Positions 39,140 through 49,905 of a DNA stretch of 62,828 bases are shown here, piece by piece (position 1 is the stretch's first letter; each line of letters begins with the position of its first letter). The notes below the pieces were generated by a model that searched no databases, had not been told where the DNA came from, and was given only the letters and a program-made list of their open reading frames with translations. Source of the DNA: an uncultured Clostridia bacterium (GTDB lineage: Bacteria; Bacillota; Clostridia; TANB77; CAG-508); assembly GCA_947631495.1 (NCBI GenBank), contig CANRLO010000002.1, forward strand, positions 1-62,828. The letters run 5' to 3'. Made by a program: the position numbers and the translations under genes.

Positions 39140-40301
39140 CATTAAGTGGAAAGAAAACGGAAAATTAAAATTGCTTATTATAGTGGGAACTCGACCAGAA
39201 ATAATAAGGTTATCAGCAGTTATAACAAAGTGTCGAAAATATTTTGATTGCATTTTAGCTCATACGGGTCAAAATTATGATTACAACTTAAATGGTGTTT
39301 TTTTTAAAGATTTAAAACTTGAAAATCCTGAAGTTTATTTAGACACAGTAGGTAATGATTTAGGAGAAACAGTTGGAAATATTATTGCCACTTCCTATAA
39401 ATTAATGGAACAAATTAAACCAGATGCATTACTAATACTAGGAGATACAAATAGTTGTTTATCTGCTATAAGTGCAAAAAGATTACATATACCAATATTC
39501 CATATGGAAGCAGGAAATAGATGTAAAGATGAATGTTTACCAGAAGAAACAAATAGGAGAATTGTTGATATTATTTCTGATGTGAATTTAGCTTATTCAG
39601 AACATGCTAGAAAGTATTTACATGAATGTGGTCTTCCTAAAGAAAGAGTATATGTAACAGGATCTCCAATGGCAGAAGTATTGCAAAATAATATCAAAGA
39701 TATTGAAGCATCAAATATACTTACTAGATTAAAACTAGAGCCTAAAAAGTATATTTTACTTTCTGCTCATAGAGAAGAAAATATTGATACTAAAGAAAAC
39801 TTTGAAAATCTATTTACTGCTATCAATAAGATGGCTGAAAAGTATGATATGCCAATACTATATTCATGTCACCCAAGAAGTAAAAAAAGACTTGAATCAA
39901 GTGGCTTTAAGCTTGATGAAAGAGTAATAATGCATTCTCCACTTGGTTTTCATGATTACAATAATTTGCAAATGAATGCATTTGCAGTAGTAAGTGACTC
40001 AGGGACTCTTCCAGAAGAATCAAGTTTTTATATAAGTATAGGAAAGCCATTTCCAGCTATTTGTATTAGAACAAGTACTGAAAGACCTGAAGCACTAGAT
40101 AAAGCAACGTTTATTTTAGCAGGAATAAATGAAAAAAATTTACTTCAAGCAGTTGATACGGCAGTAGAAATGAATAAGGATAACAATATTGGAATACCAG
40201 TCCCAGATTATGTAGAACAGAATGTTAGTATAAAAGTGGTTAAAATAATTCAAAGTTATACAAGCATAGTAAATAGAGTTGTATGGAAAAACGAAAAATA
40301 G
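39114..40301 (+). CDS. fnlC: non-hydrolysing UDP-N-acetylhexosamine 2-epimerase (FnlC/CapG/WbjD type)
   Basis: LLIIVGTRPEIIRLS, LGDTNS and HMEAGNR motifs. GTG start with an AAGGAGG RBS. Confidence 0.82.
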   Translation: MKLIKDYSNIKWKENGKLKLLIIVGTRPEIIRLSAVITKCRKYFDCILAHTGQNYDYNLNGVFFKDLKLENPEVYLDTVGNDLGETVGNIIATSYKLMEQIKPDALLILGDTNSCLSAISAKRLHIPIFHMEAGNRCKDECLPEETNRRIVDIISDVNLAYSEHARKYLHECGLPKERVYVTGSPMAEVLQNNIKDIEASNILTRLKLEPKKYILLSAHREENIDTKENFENLFTAINKMAEKYDMPILYSCHPRSKKRLESSGFKLDERVIMHSPLGFHDYNNLQMNAFAVVSDSGTLPEESSFYISIGKPFPAICIRTSTERPEALDKATFILAGINEKNLLQAVDTAVEMNKDNNIGIPVPDYVEQNVSIKVVKIIQSYTSIVNRVVWKNEK

Positions 40302-40962
40302 GTTGTGTGAAAAAAATAGATGACATAACGACTATGATTTTAATAAAAAAGAAGAAAAAATATAGAAAAATGTATTAAATTATAAATAAGAAAATGTGAG
40401 TAAAATTAAGAAAAGCATGATATAAAAAGAAGTGTAATAAGTCTGTACGGAATGACGATAGAATTAGAAATTTATAAAAAATACCAAATAAAGAGAAAAA
40501 GCATGAGCCAAAGAACTATGAACAAATGATAAGAGTGAAAAAGAGTATAAGTAAATGTAAAGAATATGAGCTTTGTAAAAAAAAATTACAGAAATAGATG
40601 AGTATATTTTTTATTAAAATTAGAAAGTTTAGAAATAAATATTTTGAAAATAGTAAGCATTTTTAACAATATCAATGCCAACATAAAATATAAAAATACC
40701 ACTTTTCAAAAATATTAATAATGATGATAAGCTTCAATATGTGTTTATTCTTATAGATTTGTGTGACATAAAAGCTCAAAGATAAAAAGACTGAGGTTTA
40801 TTCAACCAATAAATAATTAAAAGAAAAAAATGAAAAATCTAAAGAAAAAACATATTTATTTTAAAAATATAAGTCAAATATAGATAATTAAATTTAGTTG
40901 TTGATAACTTTATTATAAATAACGGTATAATATTTCAGATAAAAAAGGAGAATAAAGAAATT

Positions 40963-42129
40963 ATGAAAATAGCAGTAGCAGGAATAGGATATGTAGGACT
41001 ATCATTAGCAACACTATTAAGTCAAAAAAATGAAGTAGTTGCATTAGATATAGTACCAGAAAAAGTAGAGATGATAAACAATAGAATATCACCTATCAAA
41101 GATAAAGAAATAGAAGAATATCTACAAACTAAAAATCTAAATTTAAGAGCAACTCTAGATTATAAAGATGCTTTTAATGGGGCTCAATATGTAATAATAA
41201 GTACACCAACTAATTATGATGATGTTACAAATTATTTTGATACATCAAGTGTAGAAGATATTATACAAAAGGTAATTAGTATGAATATCGACACAACAAT
41301 GGTAGTAAAGTCAACAATACCAGTAGGATTTATAGAAAACATGAAAGAAAAATATAATATAGATAATATAATGTTTTCACCAGAATTTTTAAGAGAAGGA
41401 CGAGCTTTATACGATAATTTATATCCATCAAGAATTATAGTAGGAGAAAAAAGTAAAAGAGCAGAAATATTTGCAAACTTATTAAAGGATTGTTCATTAA
41501 AACAAGATGTAACAATAAAATATATGAATAGTACAGAGGCAGAAGCGGTTAAACTATTTGCCAATACATACTTAGCATTAAGAGTATCATATTTTAATGA
41601 GTTAGATACATATGCAGAGATAAATGGATTAAATACACAAGATATTATTGAAGGAGTAGGGTTAGACCCTAGAATAGGAACTCATTATAATAATCCATCC
41701 TTTGGGTATGGTGGTTATTGTTTGCCAAAAGATACAAAGCAATTATTAGCAAATTATAGTAAAGTGCCACAAAATCTAATAGAAGCTATTGTAAAATCAA
41801 ATGATACCAGAAAAGACCATATAACAAATATGATAATGAAAAAAGAACCTAAAGTAGTAGGAATATATAGATTAACTATGAAAACAAATTCTGATAACTT
41901 CAGATGTAGTGCAATACAAGGTATTATTGAAAGACTAAAAAATAAAAACATTGAAATTATTATATATGAACCAACATTAAAAGAGAATACATTTAATGAA
42001 TGCAAAGTAATCAATGATTTTAATGAGTTTAAAAATAAAGCAGATGTTATTTTAGCTAATAGGATAGATGAAAGTATAAAAGAAGTAAAAGATAAAGTAT
42101 ATACTAGAGATTTATATAGTGAAGATTAA
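40963..42129 (+). CDS. ugd: UDP-glucose 6-dehydrogenase, copy 2
   Basis: Differs from copy 1 at 15 of 388 residues (counted from the supplied translations); 9 of the differences fall in the last ~65 residues. Confidence 0.92.
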   Translation: MKIAVAGIGYVGLSLATLLSQKNEVVALDIVPEKVEMINNRISPIKDKEIEEYLQTKNLNLRATLDYKDAFNGAQYVIISTPTNYDDVTNYFDTSSVEDIIQKVISMNIDTTMVVKSTIPVGFIENMKEKYNIDNIMFSPEFLREGRALYDNLYPSRIIVGEKSKRAEIFANLLKDCSLKQDVTIKYMNSTEAEAVKLFANTYLALRVSYFNELDTYAEINGLNTQDIIEGVGLDPRIGTHYNNPSFGYGGYCLPKDTKQLLANYSKVPQNLIEAIVKSNDTRKDHITNMIMKKEPKVVGIYRLTMKTNSDNFRCSAIQGIIERLKNKNIEIIIYEPTLKENTFNECKVINDFNEFKNKADVILANRIDESIKEVKDKVYTRDLYSED

Positions 42130-42203
42130 TAAAAAAATATTATGTAAGGATTTAAATACTTATTTCAAAGTGAAAAAATCATAAAAGTACTGATAAAAAG
42201 TAC

Positions 42204-42223
42204 GGTTGAATGTCAATAGTTAG
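42204..42223 (+). repeat. 20-bp direct repeat, copy 1 (GGTTGAATGTCAATAGTTAG)
   Basis: Exact second copy at 48088-48107. Confidence 0.9.
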
Positions 42224-42248
42224 AAAGAAATATGAAAGTGGTGATAAG

Positions 42249-43451
42249 ATGAATATATTAGCATTAACAAGTGTATATCCACAACCAGATGATGGTGAAA
42301 CTCCTGCAACATATACTGTACAATATTTTTGTGAACAATGGGTTAAAAAGGGTAATAATGTTATAGTAATTCAAAATTCGAGTAGATTCCCAAAATTTTT
42401 TTATAAATTATCAAAAAAATTTGAAAAGAAATTAGCAGCTAGATTAGGTTTTAATGTTCCAAAAAAGGAATCAATAAAAAATATATATAGAGTGGAAAAT
42501 GGTGTCAAAATATATAGATTTCCTATGAAGAAAATAATTCCACATTCAAAATTTCGAAAAGGAGAAATAACTAGACAAGTTGATATTATTGTTAAAACAT
42601 TAAAAGATAATCATTTTAAACCAGATATTATTATTTCTCATTGGGTAAATCCACAAATTGATATTATTATAAAATTAAAAAAATTTTATAATGCAAGAAC
42701 TTCACTAGTATTTCATAATGATTGTACGAAATACAATATAGAAAAATTAGCATTAAAAGAAAAAATATTAAATATTGATGCAATAGGTTGTAGGTCATTA
42801 AAAAGTAGTAAAGATGTTCAAAATCTTCTAAACTTAAAAAAAGAACCATTTGTATGCTATTCTGGTGTGCCAGATGAGCTTGCATATAAATATAAAGACA
42901 AATTACCAAGTAAGAAAAAAAATTCATTTATATATGTTGGAAGATTAGTTAAATATAAAAATGTTGATAAAATATTAATAGCACTTTCAAGAGCTTTTCC
43001 TCAAAAAAATTTTGAATTGAAAGTAATTGGTGTAGGAGGAGAATTAAAATCTCTCATTAATTTATCAAAATCGTTAAATATTGAAAAAAATGTTTGTTTT
43101 TTGGGACAAATAAGCAGAAAAGAAGTTTTTGATTTCCTTTCAAAAGCTGAAACTTTTATTATGATTAGTAACAATGAAACATTTGGAATGGTTTATTTAG
43201 AAGCTATGGCAATGGGATGTATAACTATTGCATCTAGAAATGGTGGTGTTGATGGTATTATTAAAAATGGTATTAATGGTTATTTATCTGAACAAGGTAA
43301 TGAGAATGATTTAGCTAACGTGATAAATATAATAAAAAAATTGAATAATAAAGAAAAAGAAAATATGCAAATGAATGCAGTCAAAACAGCAATAGAGTTT
43401 TCCGATTCAAAAGTATCAGATAAGTATTTAGATAACATAAAGGAATGGTAA
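42249..43451 (+). CDS. GT4-family glycosyltransferase
   Basis: ETFGMVYLEAMAMGCITIASRNGGVDGIIKNGINGYL motif. Start at 42249 (MNILALTSVYP) or 42210. Confidence 0.78.
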   Translation: MNILALTSVYPQPDDGETPATYTVQYFCEQWVKKGNNVIVIQNSSRFPKFFYKLSKKFEKKLAARLGFNVPKKESIKNIYRVENGVKIYRFPMKKIIPHSKFRKGEITRQVDIIVKTLKDNHFKPDIIISHWVNPQIDIIIKLKKFYNARTSLVFHNDCTKYNIEKLALKEKILNIDAIGCRSLKSSKDVQNLLNLKKEPFVCYSGVPDELAYKYKDKLPSKKKNSFIYVGRLVKYKNVDKILIALSRAFPQKNFELKVIGVGGELKSLINLSKSLNIEKNVCFLGQISRKEVFDFLSKAETFIMISNNETFGMVYLEAMAMGCITIASRNGGVDGIIKNGINGYLSEQGNENDLANVINIIKKLNNKEKENMQMNAVKTAIEFSDSKVSDKYLDNIKEW

Positions 43452-43455
43452 AATT

Positions 43456-44577
43456 ATGAATAAACAAATAGAATTTATTATTTTTTGGATAACAATAATT
43501 ATAGTTATATTATTTTCATTCATTAGTTATAAGATTAAGAAAAAGGAACAAAAAATTATTGTGTTTTTATTTATGGCAGTATTTTGTTTTTTATATTCGT
43601 ATAGAACTTTAGGTATGGATATTAAAAATTATATTCAATCATATGACTATTTTACTGTAGACCACTTATTAAGAAGATTAGAATTACCATCCCTATTTTC
43701 TTATGAATATGAGCCTTTATATTTTTTGATATTATTTATATCAAAAAATATGCTTTTTACTTTTCAACAATGTCAATTGATATTTTATTCAATTTCTAGT
43801 CTTATATTTTTTTACTTTATTTGTAAAAAAACTAATTATCCATTAATAGCTTATTTTTTATTTATGATAGAAATGATGTTTCATTTTGACTTAACAAGAT
43901 TCTTTATTGCTGCTTCTTTTATATGTATTGGATTTTATTGTAATAAAAAATTTTTTAAATACTTTTTCTATTTTATTGCATTTTGCTTTCATTATTCAAG
44001 TATATTCTTCTTAATTTTAGAATTATTGACTAAACTATTTGCTAAATTAAAAAATAAAAAATTAATTCTTATTTTTTATATGCTTATATTTATATTTTTT
44101 ATACTTTTGAAATTTGTTGATTTATCATTTTTAAGTAATTCTAACTTTAAGCTTTTATTTAAATTTCAATATTACATGACAAATAAAAATTCATCTTTTT
44201 CAGATATTCCTGTTATGAGATTTTTATACATATTAATAAATGTTTATCCGATTTATATGAGTTATAAATTAGTTAAGCTATTAAATAAAGTAGATATATT
44301 AGATAAGCATAGAAATATGATTTCTACTATTTCTTCAATTACTCAAAATGGCATTTTTTTAAGTTTGTTATTTCTTTTATTTTTTCAAAATTATCAATTG
44401 GCATTTAGAGTAGTACTATTATCATATTTTATGATTTTTATTCCATTATCTGATATTGTTGGTAATGGCTTGAAAAATGGGAAAATTTCAAAGAATGCAT
44501 TAAAAATTATTTTTAATTTATTCTTTTTTGATATATTAATGTCAGCCTATTATATTGGAATATCAATTGTTTATTAA
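43456..44577 (+). CDS. wzy: EpsG-family / Wzy-type polymerase-like membrane protein, locus 2
   Basis: Polytopic, F/I/L-rich, ~370 aa; locus context. Confidence 0.55.
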   Translation: MNKQIEFIIFWITIIIVILFSFISYKIKKKEQKIIVFLFMAVFCFLYSYRTLGMDIKNYIQSYDYFTVDHLLRRLELPSLFSYEYEPLYFLILFISKNMLFTFQQCQLIFYSISSLIFFYFICKKTNYPLIAYFLFMIEMMFHFDLTRFFIAASFICIGFYCNKKFFKYFFYFIAFCFHYSSIFFLILELLTKLFAKLKNKKLILIFYMLIFIFFILLKFVDLSFLSNSNFKLLFKFQYYMTNKNSSFSDIPVMRFLYILINVYPIYMSYKLVKLLNKVDILDKHRNMISTISSITQNGIFLSLLFLLFFQNYQLAFRVVLLSYFMIFIPLSDIVGNGLKNGKISKNALKIIFNLFFFDILMSAYYIGISIVY

Positions 44578-44738
44578 AAAAATAACTAAAATTGAAAGTG
44601 AATTTATACTAAATTAATCATTCTAACAAAATTTATAAACTATATTATACAACTAATTGTATAATAAATATTAAATAGAAAGGATTAATCAATTATAGAA
44701 TAATTACTATTTCTATAAAATGATTTATTAGGTGAAAT

Positions 44739-45653
44739 ATGATATCACAAATATACCATTTTTTAGATGGAAAATATGAATCTAAAATTTATATTTATTA
44801 TTATAGATTTTTTAAATTAATAATTAATATTTTTTATCCTCTGTATATAAGAATAACTAAAAGAAAGAAATTAAATAGTAAATCTAATTTAATAGTGTCA
44901 CTAACATCATTTCCAACAAGAATAAAAAAAATATATTTAGTAATAGAGTCATTATTAAGACAAAATGTTATGCCTAAAAAAATTATTCTTTATTTATCTT
45001 TAAAACAATTTAATGGATATGAGGACTTACCTAAAAAATTAAAAAAATTATGTGAAAAAGAGCTACTAAATATAAAGTTTGTTGATGAAGACTTTAAATC
45101 TCATAAAAAGTATTTTTATACTGTGAAAGATATGAACTGCGATTTTATTACAGTTGATGATGATATGATTTATCCTGAAGATTTAATTGAAATATTTTTT
45201 AATGGTCAATTTAAATATAAAAATACAATTTGTTGTTTATGGGCAGATAAAATAACAGTTTTTAATCATAAGGTAGATTTATACAAAAATTGGAAAATAA
45301 ACACTAAAAAATGTGAACCACGCTATGATATATTGCCTATTGGTTGTGCAGGAATATTTTATCCTAAAAATTGTTTTCAAAAAGATCGATTGTTAAATTA
45401 TAAAGATTTCATGAATTTATGCCCAAGTGCTGATGATTTATGGTTAAAACTTAATTCTGTTTTGAGTGGTATTAAATCAGTGCAACTTGATGATTATCAT
45501 CATTTTGTATTTATAGATTTGCTAATAAAAAATAATAAGAAATTGTGTAATGAAAATGTTAAAAATTCAAAAAATGATGAACAATTAGAAAAAATGTTGA
45601 TAAAATATCCTAATTTTGTTAAAGAAATTGAAACGGAGGTAAAAAATGAGTAA
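44739..45653 (+). CDS. putative glycosyltransferase (SLTSFPTR-type)
   Basis: LIVSLTSFPTRIKKIYLVIESLLRQNVMPKKIILYLS and VDDDMIYP (DxD-like) motifs. Confidence 0.45.
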   Translation: MISQIYHFLDGKYESKIYIYYYRFFKLIINIFYPLYIRITKRKKLNSKSNLIVSLTSFPTRIKKIYLVIESLLRQNVMPKKIILYLSLKQFNGYEDLPKKLKKLCEKELLNIKFVDEDFKSHKKYFYTVKDMNCDFITVDDDMIYPEDLIEIFFNGQFKYKNTICCLWADKITVFNHKVDLYKNWKINTKKCEPRYDILPIGCAGIFYPKNCFQKDRLLNYKDFMNLCPSADDLWLKLNSVLSGIKSVQLDDYHHFVFIDLLIKNNKKLCNENVKNSKNDEQLEKMLIKYPNFVKEIETEVKNE

Positions 45654-47070
45654 GCTTAAGTTGAATGTTATATACAATTTTTTATATCAATTTTTTGTTT
45701 TGTGTTTTCCGTTAATAGTTGCACCTTATTTATCAAGGACACTAGGCGCAAATGGGATAGGTATTTATTCATATAATTATTCTATTGCATATTATTTTGT
45801 ATCTTTTGCAGCACTTGGATTAAGTAATTATGGAACAAAAGTAATATCATCCAAATTAAATGAATCAAAGGAAGTGTTATCAAAGACATTTTGCGAAATA
45901 TATTGCGTACAATTTATTTTTGCTATTTTGTCCATAATTCTTTATGTGTGTTATCTTACAATATCAAAATTTAATATATATTCTGTTATTTTTAGCTTTT
46001 ATGTTTTATCATCGCTATTTGATATTACTTGGTTCTTTTTTGGAATAGAAGACTTTAAAAGTGTTTTAAGAAAAAATATATTGATTAAGATTATAACAAC
46101 TATTTTGATATTTAGTTTTATTCATTCTGATAGTGATATCAAAATCTATTGCTTAATTATGTCAATCAGTTTTTTAATATCTCAATTATTACTTTGGATA
46201 AGATTAAAGAGATATGTACAATTTGTAAAAGTAAATATTTTAAAATCAATGAAGAATCATTTGCCTGGAAATTTTAAATTATTTATTCCAGTTATTGCTG
46301 TAAGTATTTACAAATATATGGATAAAATCATGCTAGGTAGTATTTCTTCAAAATTAAATTTAGGGTATTATGAAAATGTTGAAAAAATTGTTAATATTCC
46401 AGTAGCTTTTATTACAGCACTTGGAACCGTTATGTTATCAAGAATTTCAATGTTACATGCAAACGGAAATATAAAAAAAAGGGAAGAATATTTACATACG
46501 TCAATTGTTTTTACAGGATTTTTATCATTTGCAATGATTTTTGGCATTTTGGGAATAGCAGATTTATTGATACCAATATATTTTGGAAAAGGATTTTTAC
46601 CATGTATTAATCTTTGCTATTATATGATTCCAACAGTTATTTTTCTTGGATTATCAAATGTTATAAGGACACAGTATTTAATTCCTTTAAACGAAGAGAA
46701 AATTTATATTTTATCCGTATGCTATGGTGCAATAATTAATTTTATATTGAATAGTATTTTAATTCCTATAAAATCAGCTAGCGGTGCAGCTTTTTCTACT
46801 TTAATAGCTGAAGTTGTTGTTTTTTTGTATCAGTTTATAAAAACAAAGAAAAAGATTAATATTAATAAAGAATTAAAACAAATTGTGGGATTTATGATTA
46901 TTGGAATTATTATGTATATTACAATCATAAATATTCATTTTTTTAGTAATAATATTTATAATTTACTTATAAGAATTTTTATAGGTTCTATAATTTATAT
47001 ATGTTTGTCGTTGATTTATATATCAACAGTATTGAAGGAATATAAGAAATATTTTTATTTAAAAAATTAA
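45646..47070 (+). CDS. wzx: Wzx-type polysaccharide flippase, locus 2
   Basis: NVIYNFLYQFF..PLIVAPYLSRTLGANGIGIYSY N-terminus parallels the locus-1 Wzx; polytopic. Confidence 0.8.
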   Translation: MSKLKLNVIYNFLYQFFVLCFPLIVAPYLSRTLGANGIGIYSYNYSIAYYFVSFAALGLSNYGTKVISSKLNESKEVLSKTFCEIYCVQFIFAILSIILYVCYLTISKFNIYSVIFSFYVLSSLFDITWFFFGIEDFKSVLRKNILIKIITTILIFSFIHSDSDIKIYCLIMSISFLISQLLLWIRLKRYVQFVKVNILKSMKNHLPGNFKLFIPVIAVSIYKYMDKIMLGSISSKLNLGYYENVEKIVNIPVAFITALGTVMLSRISMLHANGNIKKREEYLHTSIVFTGFLSFAMIFGILGIADLLIPIYFGKGFLPCINLCYYMIPTVIFLGLSNVIRTQYLIPLNEEKIYILSVCYGAIINFILNSILIPIKSASGAAFSTLIAEVVVFLYQFIKTKKKININKELKQIVGFMIIGIIMYITIINIHFFSNNIYNLLIRIFIGSIIYICLSLIYISTVLKEYKKYFYLKN

Positions 47071-47088
47071 AGAAAATGGAGAATAATT

Positions 47089-48027
47089 ATGAAAAAAATT
47101 AAAATGATAATTAGAAATTTTGACCCCTTATATAGAGTATATTCAAAATATATTGAAAAAAAATACAAGAAAAAATATGAAAAAGCTGTAAAAAGTGATA
47201 GTTTGTTAAAGTTGCTTGATAATAATTATTATAAAAAAACAGGAAATAGATTATCGAACCCTCCAAAAACCTACACAGAAAAAATTCAATATTCAAAATT
47301 ATTTGCTCTTTCACCAGAAAAAACATTATTATCAGATAAATATATGGTAAGAGAATGGGTTAAGAAAAAAATTGGAGATAAATATTTAATTCCATTATTA
47401 GGTGTATGGAATAATTTTGAAGAAATTGATTTTTCATCTTTACCTGATAAATTTGTGTTAAAAACAAATCATGCAAGTGGAACAAATGTTATTGTCAAAT
47501 CAAAAAAGGATATTAATTTAAAAAAATTAAAGAAAAAATTTAACTTTTGGTTACATCAAAACTTTGCTTTTGCTGGAAAAGGATATGAAATGCATTATTC
47601 TAATATAAAGCCCAAAATAATATGTGAAAAATATGTTGTTGATAAAAAAGGTGAATTAAATGATTATAAGTTTTTATGTTTTAATGGTAAACCTTATTAT
47701 TGTTGGGTTGATATTGATAGAAATACTAATCATAAAAGGAATGTCTATGACATGAATTGGCAATTACAAGAATGGAATCAATTTTTTCCAAATAGTAATA
47801 GAAATGTTAGTAAGCCTGAAAATTTTGACGAGATGGTAAGAGTAGTAAAGGCATTATCAGAAGGATTCCCACATGTTAGAGTTGATTTATATAATGTAGA
47901 TGGCAAGATATACTTTGGAGAGATGACATTTACCAATGGTAAAGGATATGAACGAATTTATCCTGAAAAGTATGATGAAGAATTGGGAAAATTATGGAAA
48001 GAAGATTTTAATATAACAAAAAAATAA
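47089..48027 (+). CDS. TupA-like ATP-grasp amidoligase family protein, locus 2
   Basis: FVLKTNHASG, DYKFLCFNGK and RVDLYNVDGKIYFGEMTFT; a divergent paralogue of 27746-28603. Confidence 0.7.
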   Translation: MKKIKMIIRNFDPLYRVYSKYIEKKYKKKYEKAVKSDSLLKLLDNNYYKKTGNRLSNPPKTYTEKIQYSKLFALSPEKTLLSDKYMVREWVKKKIGDKYLIPLLGVWNNFEEIDFSSLPDKFVLKTNHASGTNVIVKSKKDINLKKLKKKFNFWLHQNFAFAGKGYEMHYSNIKPKIICEKYVVDKKGELNDYKFLCFNGKPYYCWVDIDRNTNHKRNVYDMNWQLQEWNQFFPNSNRNVSKPENFDEMVRVVKALSEGFPHVRVDLYNVDGKIYFGEMTFTNGKGYERIYPEKYDEELGKLWKEDFNITKK

Positions 48028-48087
48028 TTTTCTTGTAATATTTTAAAATAAATAATGGTTCTATAATATTAGTTGAGACAAAAAATT

Positions 48088-48107
48088 GGTTGAATGTCAA
48101 TAGTTAG
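48088..48107 (+). repeat. 20-bp direct repeat, copy 2
   Basis: GGTTGAATGTCAATAGTTAG, identical to 42204-42223. Confidence 0.9.
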
Positions 48108-48146
48108 GGTAGAAAACTTTGAAAGCTTTCTACCTAAGCTTTTTTA
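48108..48146 (+). terminator. terminator-like hairpins closing locus 2
   Basis: GGTAGAAA pairs with TTTCTACC, and alternatively AAAGCTT pairs with AAGCTTT, followed by a T-run. Confidence 0.5.
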
Positions 48147-48919
48147 ATGAAATTTAATGTTTACATCTAAAAATAGCTGAAAATATGTAATTGAAAGGAT
48201 ATTTAAATGACCAATTAATAAATTGGCTATTTAAAGTTATTAAATTTATTTTTTTATCTGTTTAATAATAAAATTCTAGTTTTTAAATGTAGAATATCTA
48301 GTTTTCTATAATCAACACGAAGTTTTTCAGAGTAATTTATTAAAATATAAGATAGTTCGTCTTTTTGGTCATCTATTTTTAAATTACACTGCCTAGAAAG
48401 AAGTAATTTTCTTGAATGTTTAAAATAAATTCTTTTACTTTTAGGTAAGTTTTTTTGTACTTCAATTCTAATTTTATTAACAGAATCACAAGCATATCTA
48501 AAGAAATTTTTTAAAAATTAAGTATAGAATTAATAGAAAAAATTAAAAAAAAGGAAACAACAAAGGTTAAAAATATTAGTGAACTTAATAAAAATGTATG
48601 GAATATAGTATTAGATAAAGAGAAAAATCACCTGCTTAAAACAATATAATATAGTTATGTTAAATAGTATAGTTACTAGCAAAAACTATACTATTTTTTT
48701 ATATAATATTTAATAAGCAAATTTTTCTAAACCAATTGACGATTTTTAAAACATAATATATACTAAGAAAAAAGTTAGAAATTGAAGCAAGTAATATATA
48801 ATAAAGTCGAAAAATGTCGAACGATTCTTATTGAAAATTATTGTAAAATATTGACAATTGACATAATACAGAATAAAATAATAAATGAAAAATAAACTAA
48901 GAGAAAAGGAGAAATTTAT

Positions 48920-49735
48920 ATGGATAAAAACACTATAACTCGTCAATCTTTAAAATCTAATTTTCTTAGACAAACAATCATTAGAATAGACCATGATATG
49001 TTATTTGATAAAGACATTCAAAACTATATAGAAAGCATCTATCCATATTTAATAGAAAATAGTTACAAAATGAATTCCAATACAATGTCTAACTATAATG
49101 TAAATATAAATATGGATGAACTTAATAATATAGCCAACTCAATCAACACAAATACTGAAAACTATACATCATTTAAAAATGAAATGAAAGATATCATAAT
49201 TGATATTACAAAAGAAGCTACTACTTTAACAATTTCATATAATAAATATGAAAGCTTTGAAGAAATTTATAAAGTATTTAGCAAATTAGTAGAAGTGTTA
49301 TCAGAAATAAGAGTCGGTTTTTCTTTTAATAGAATAGGTCTTAGAAAAATTAATGTATTTTTTATCAAAAATATACAAAATATTAATAATTATTTAGAAG
49401 AAACAGCATTTTGTTTAACAAATTTTATAAATAATAAACCAATAAATTTCGAAGTAAAAAATATAGTAGAAACTTTTAAAATCGAAGAATATAAAGTAAA
49501 TAAAAATGTAACAGCAGCAAAAGGAGTTTTCTTAGACGAAAATAAGCAAGAAAAAGAAGCATATCAAGTTATGTTAGATATAGATATTTATAATGATGAA
49601 ATGAGAGATAACACTGAAAATATTATGAATATGAATGACATCGTTTTCGAAATATATAAAGATTCATTAAAATATAAATTTTTACAAGAACTAAAAAACG
49701 AAAATTATAGAGATGAGGAGATATTAAATATATAA
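48920..49735 (+). CDS. uncharacterised protein, TIGR04255-like
   Basis: Size ~270 aa. N-terminal LRQTIIRIDHDMLF and central NRIGLRKIN resemble what I remember of the TIGR04255 family (RIGLRYIN). Promoter-like TTGACA (48851)-17-TAAAAT upstream. Confidence 0.45.
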   Translation: MDKNTITRQSLKSNFLRQTIIRIDHDMLFDKDIQNYIESIYPYLIENSYKMNSNTMSNYNVNINMDELNNIANSINTNTENYTSFKNEMKDIIIDITKEATTLTISYNKYESFEEIYKVFSKLVEVLSEIRVGFSFNRIGLRKINVFFIKNIQNINNYLEETAFCLTNFINNKPINFEVKNIVETFKIEEYKVNKNVTAAKGVFLDENKQEKEAYQVMLDIDIYNDEMRDNTENIMNMNDIVFEIYKDSLKYKFLQELKNENYRDEEILNI

Positions 49736-49905
49736 TGGAAAATAATTTTAGAATAACAACCACCAATATAACAGTATCAAGTCCAATTAGAAAATCAACA
49801 AATATCAAACCAAATATTATATCAATGTCAACGTCTGAAACAGAATTTGGCAAAGTAATTTCCTATAAAAATAAAAAGGAGTATGAGCAATATAGAAGAA
49901 TATAA
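49735..49905 (+). CDS. small hypothetical ORF (56 aa), translationally coupled
   Basis: Its ATG overlaps the upstream TAA (TAATG) and it runs 23 nt into the next gene; not in the ORF track (below its length cut-off). Coding status uncertain. Confidence 0.3.
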   Translation: MENNFRITTTNITVSSPIRKSTNIKPNIISMSTSETEFGKVISYKNKKEYEQYRRI

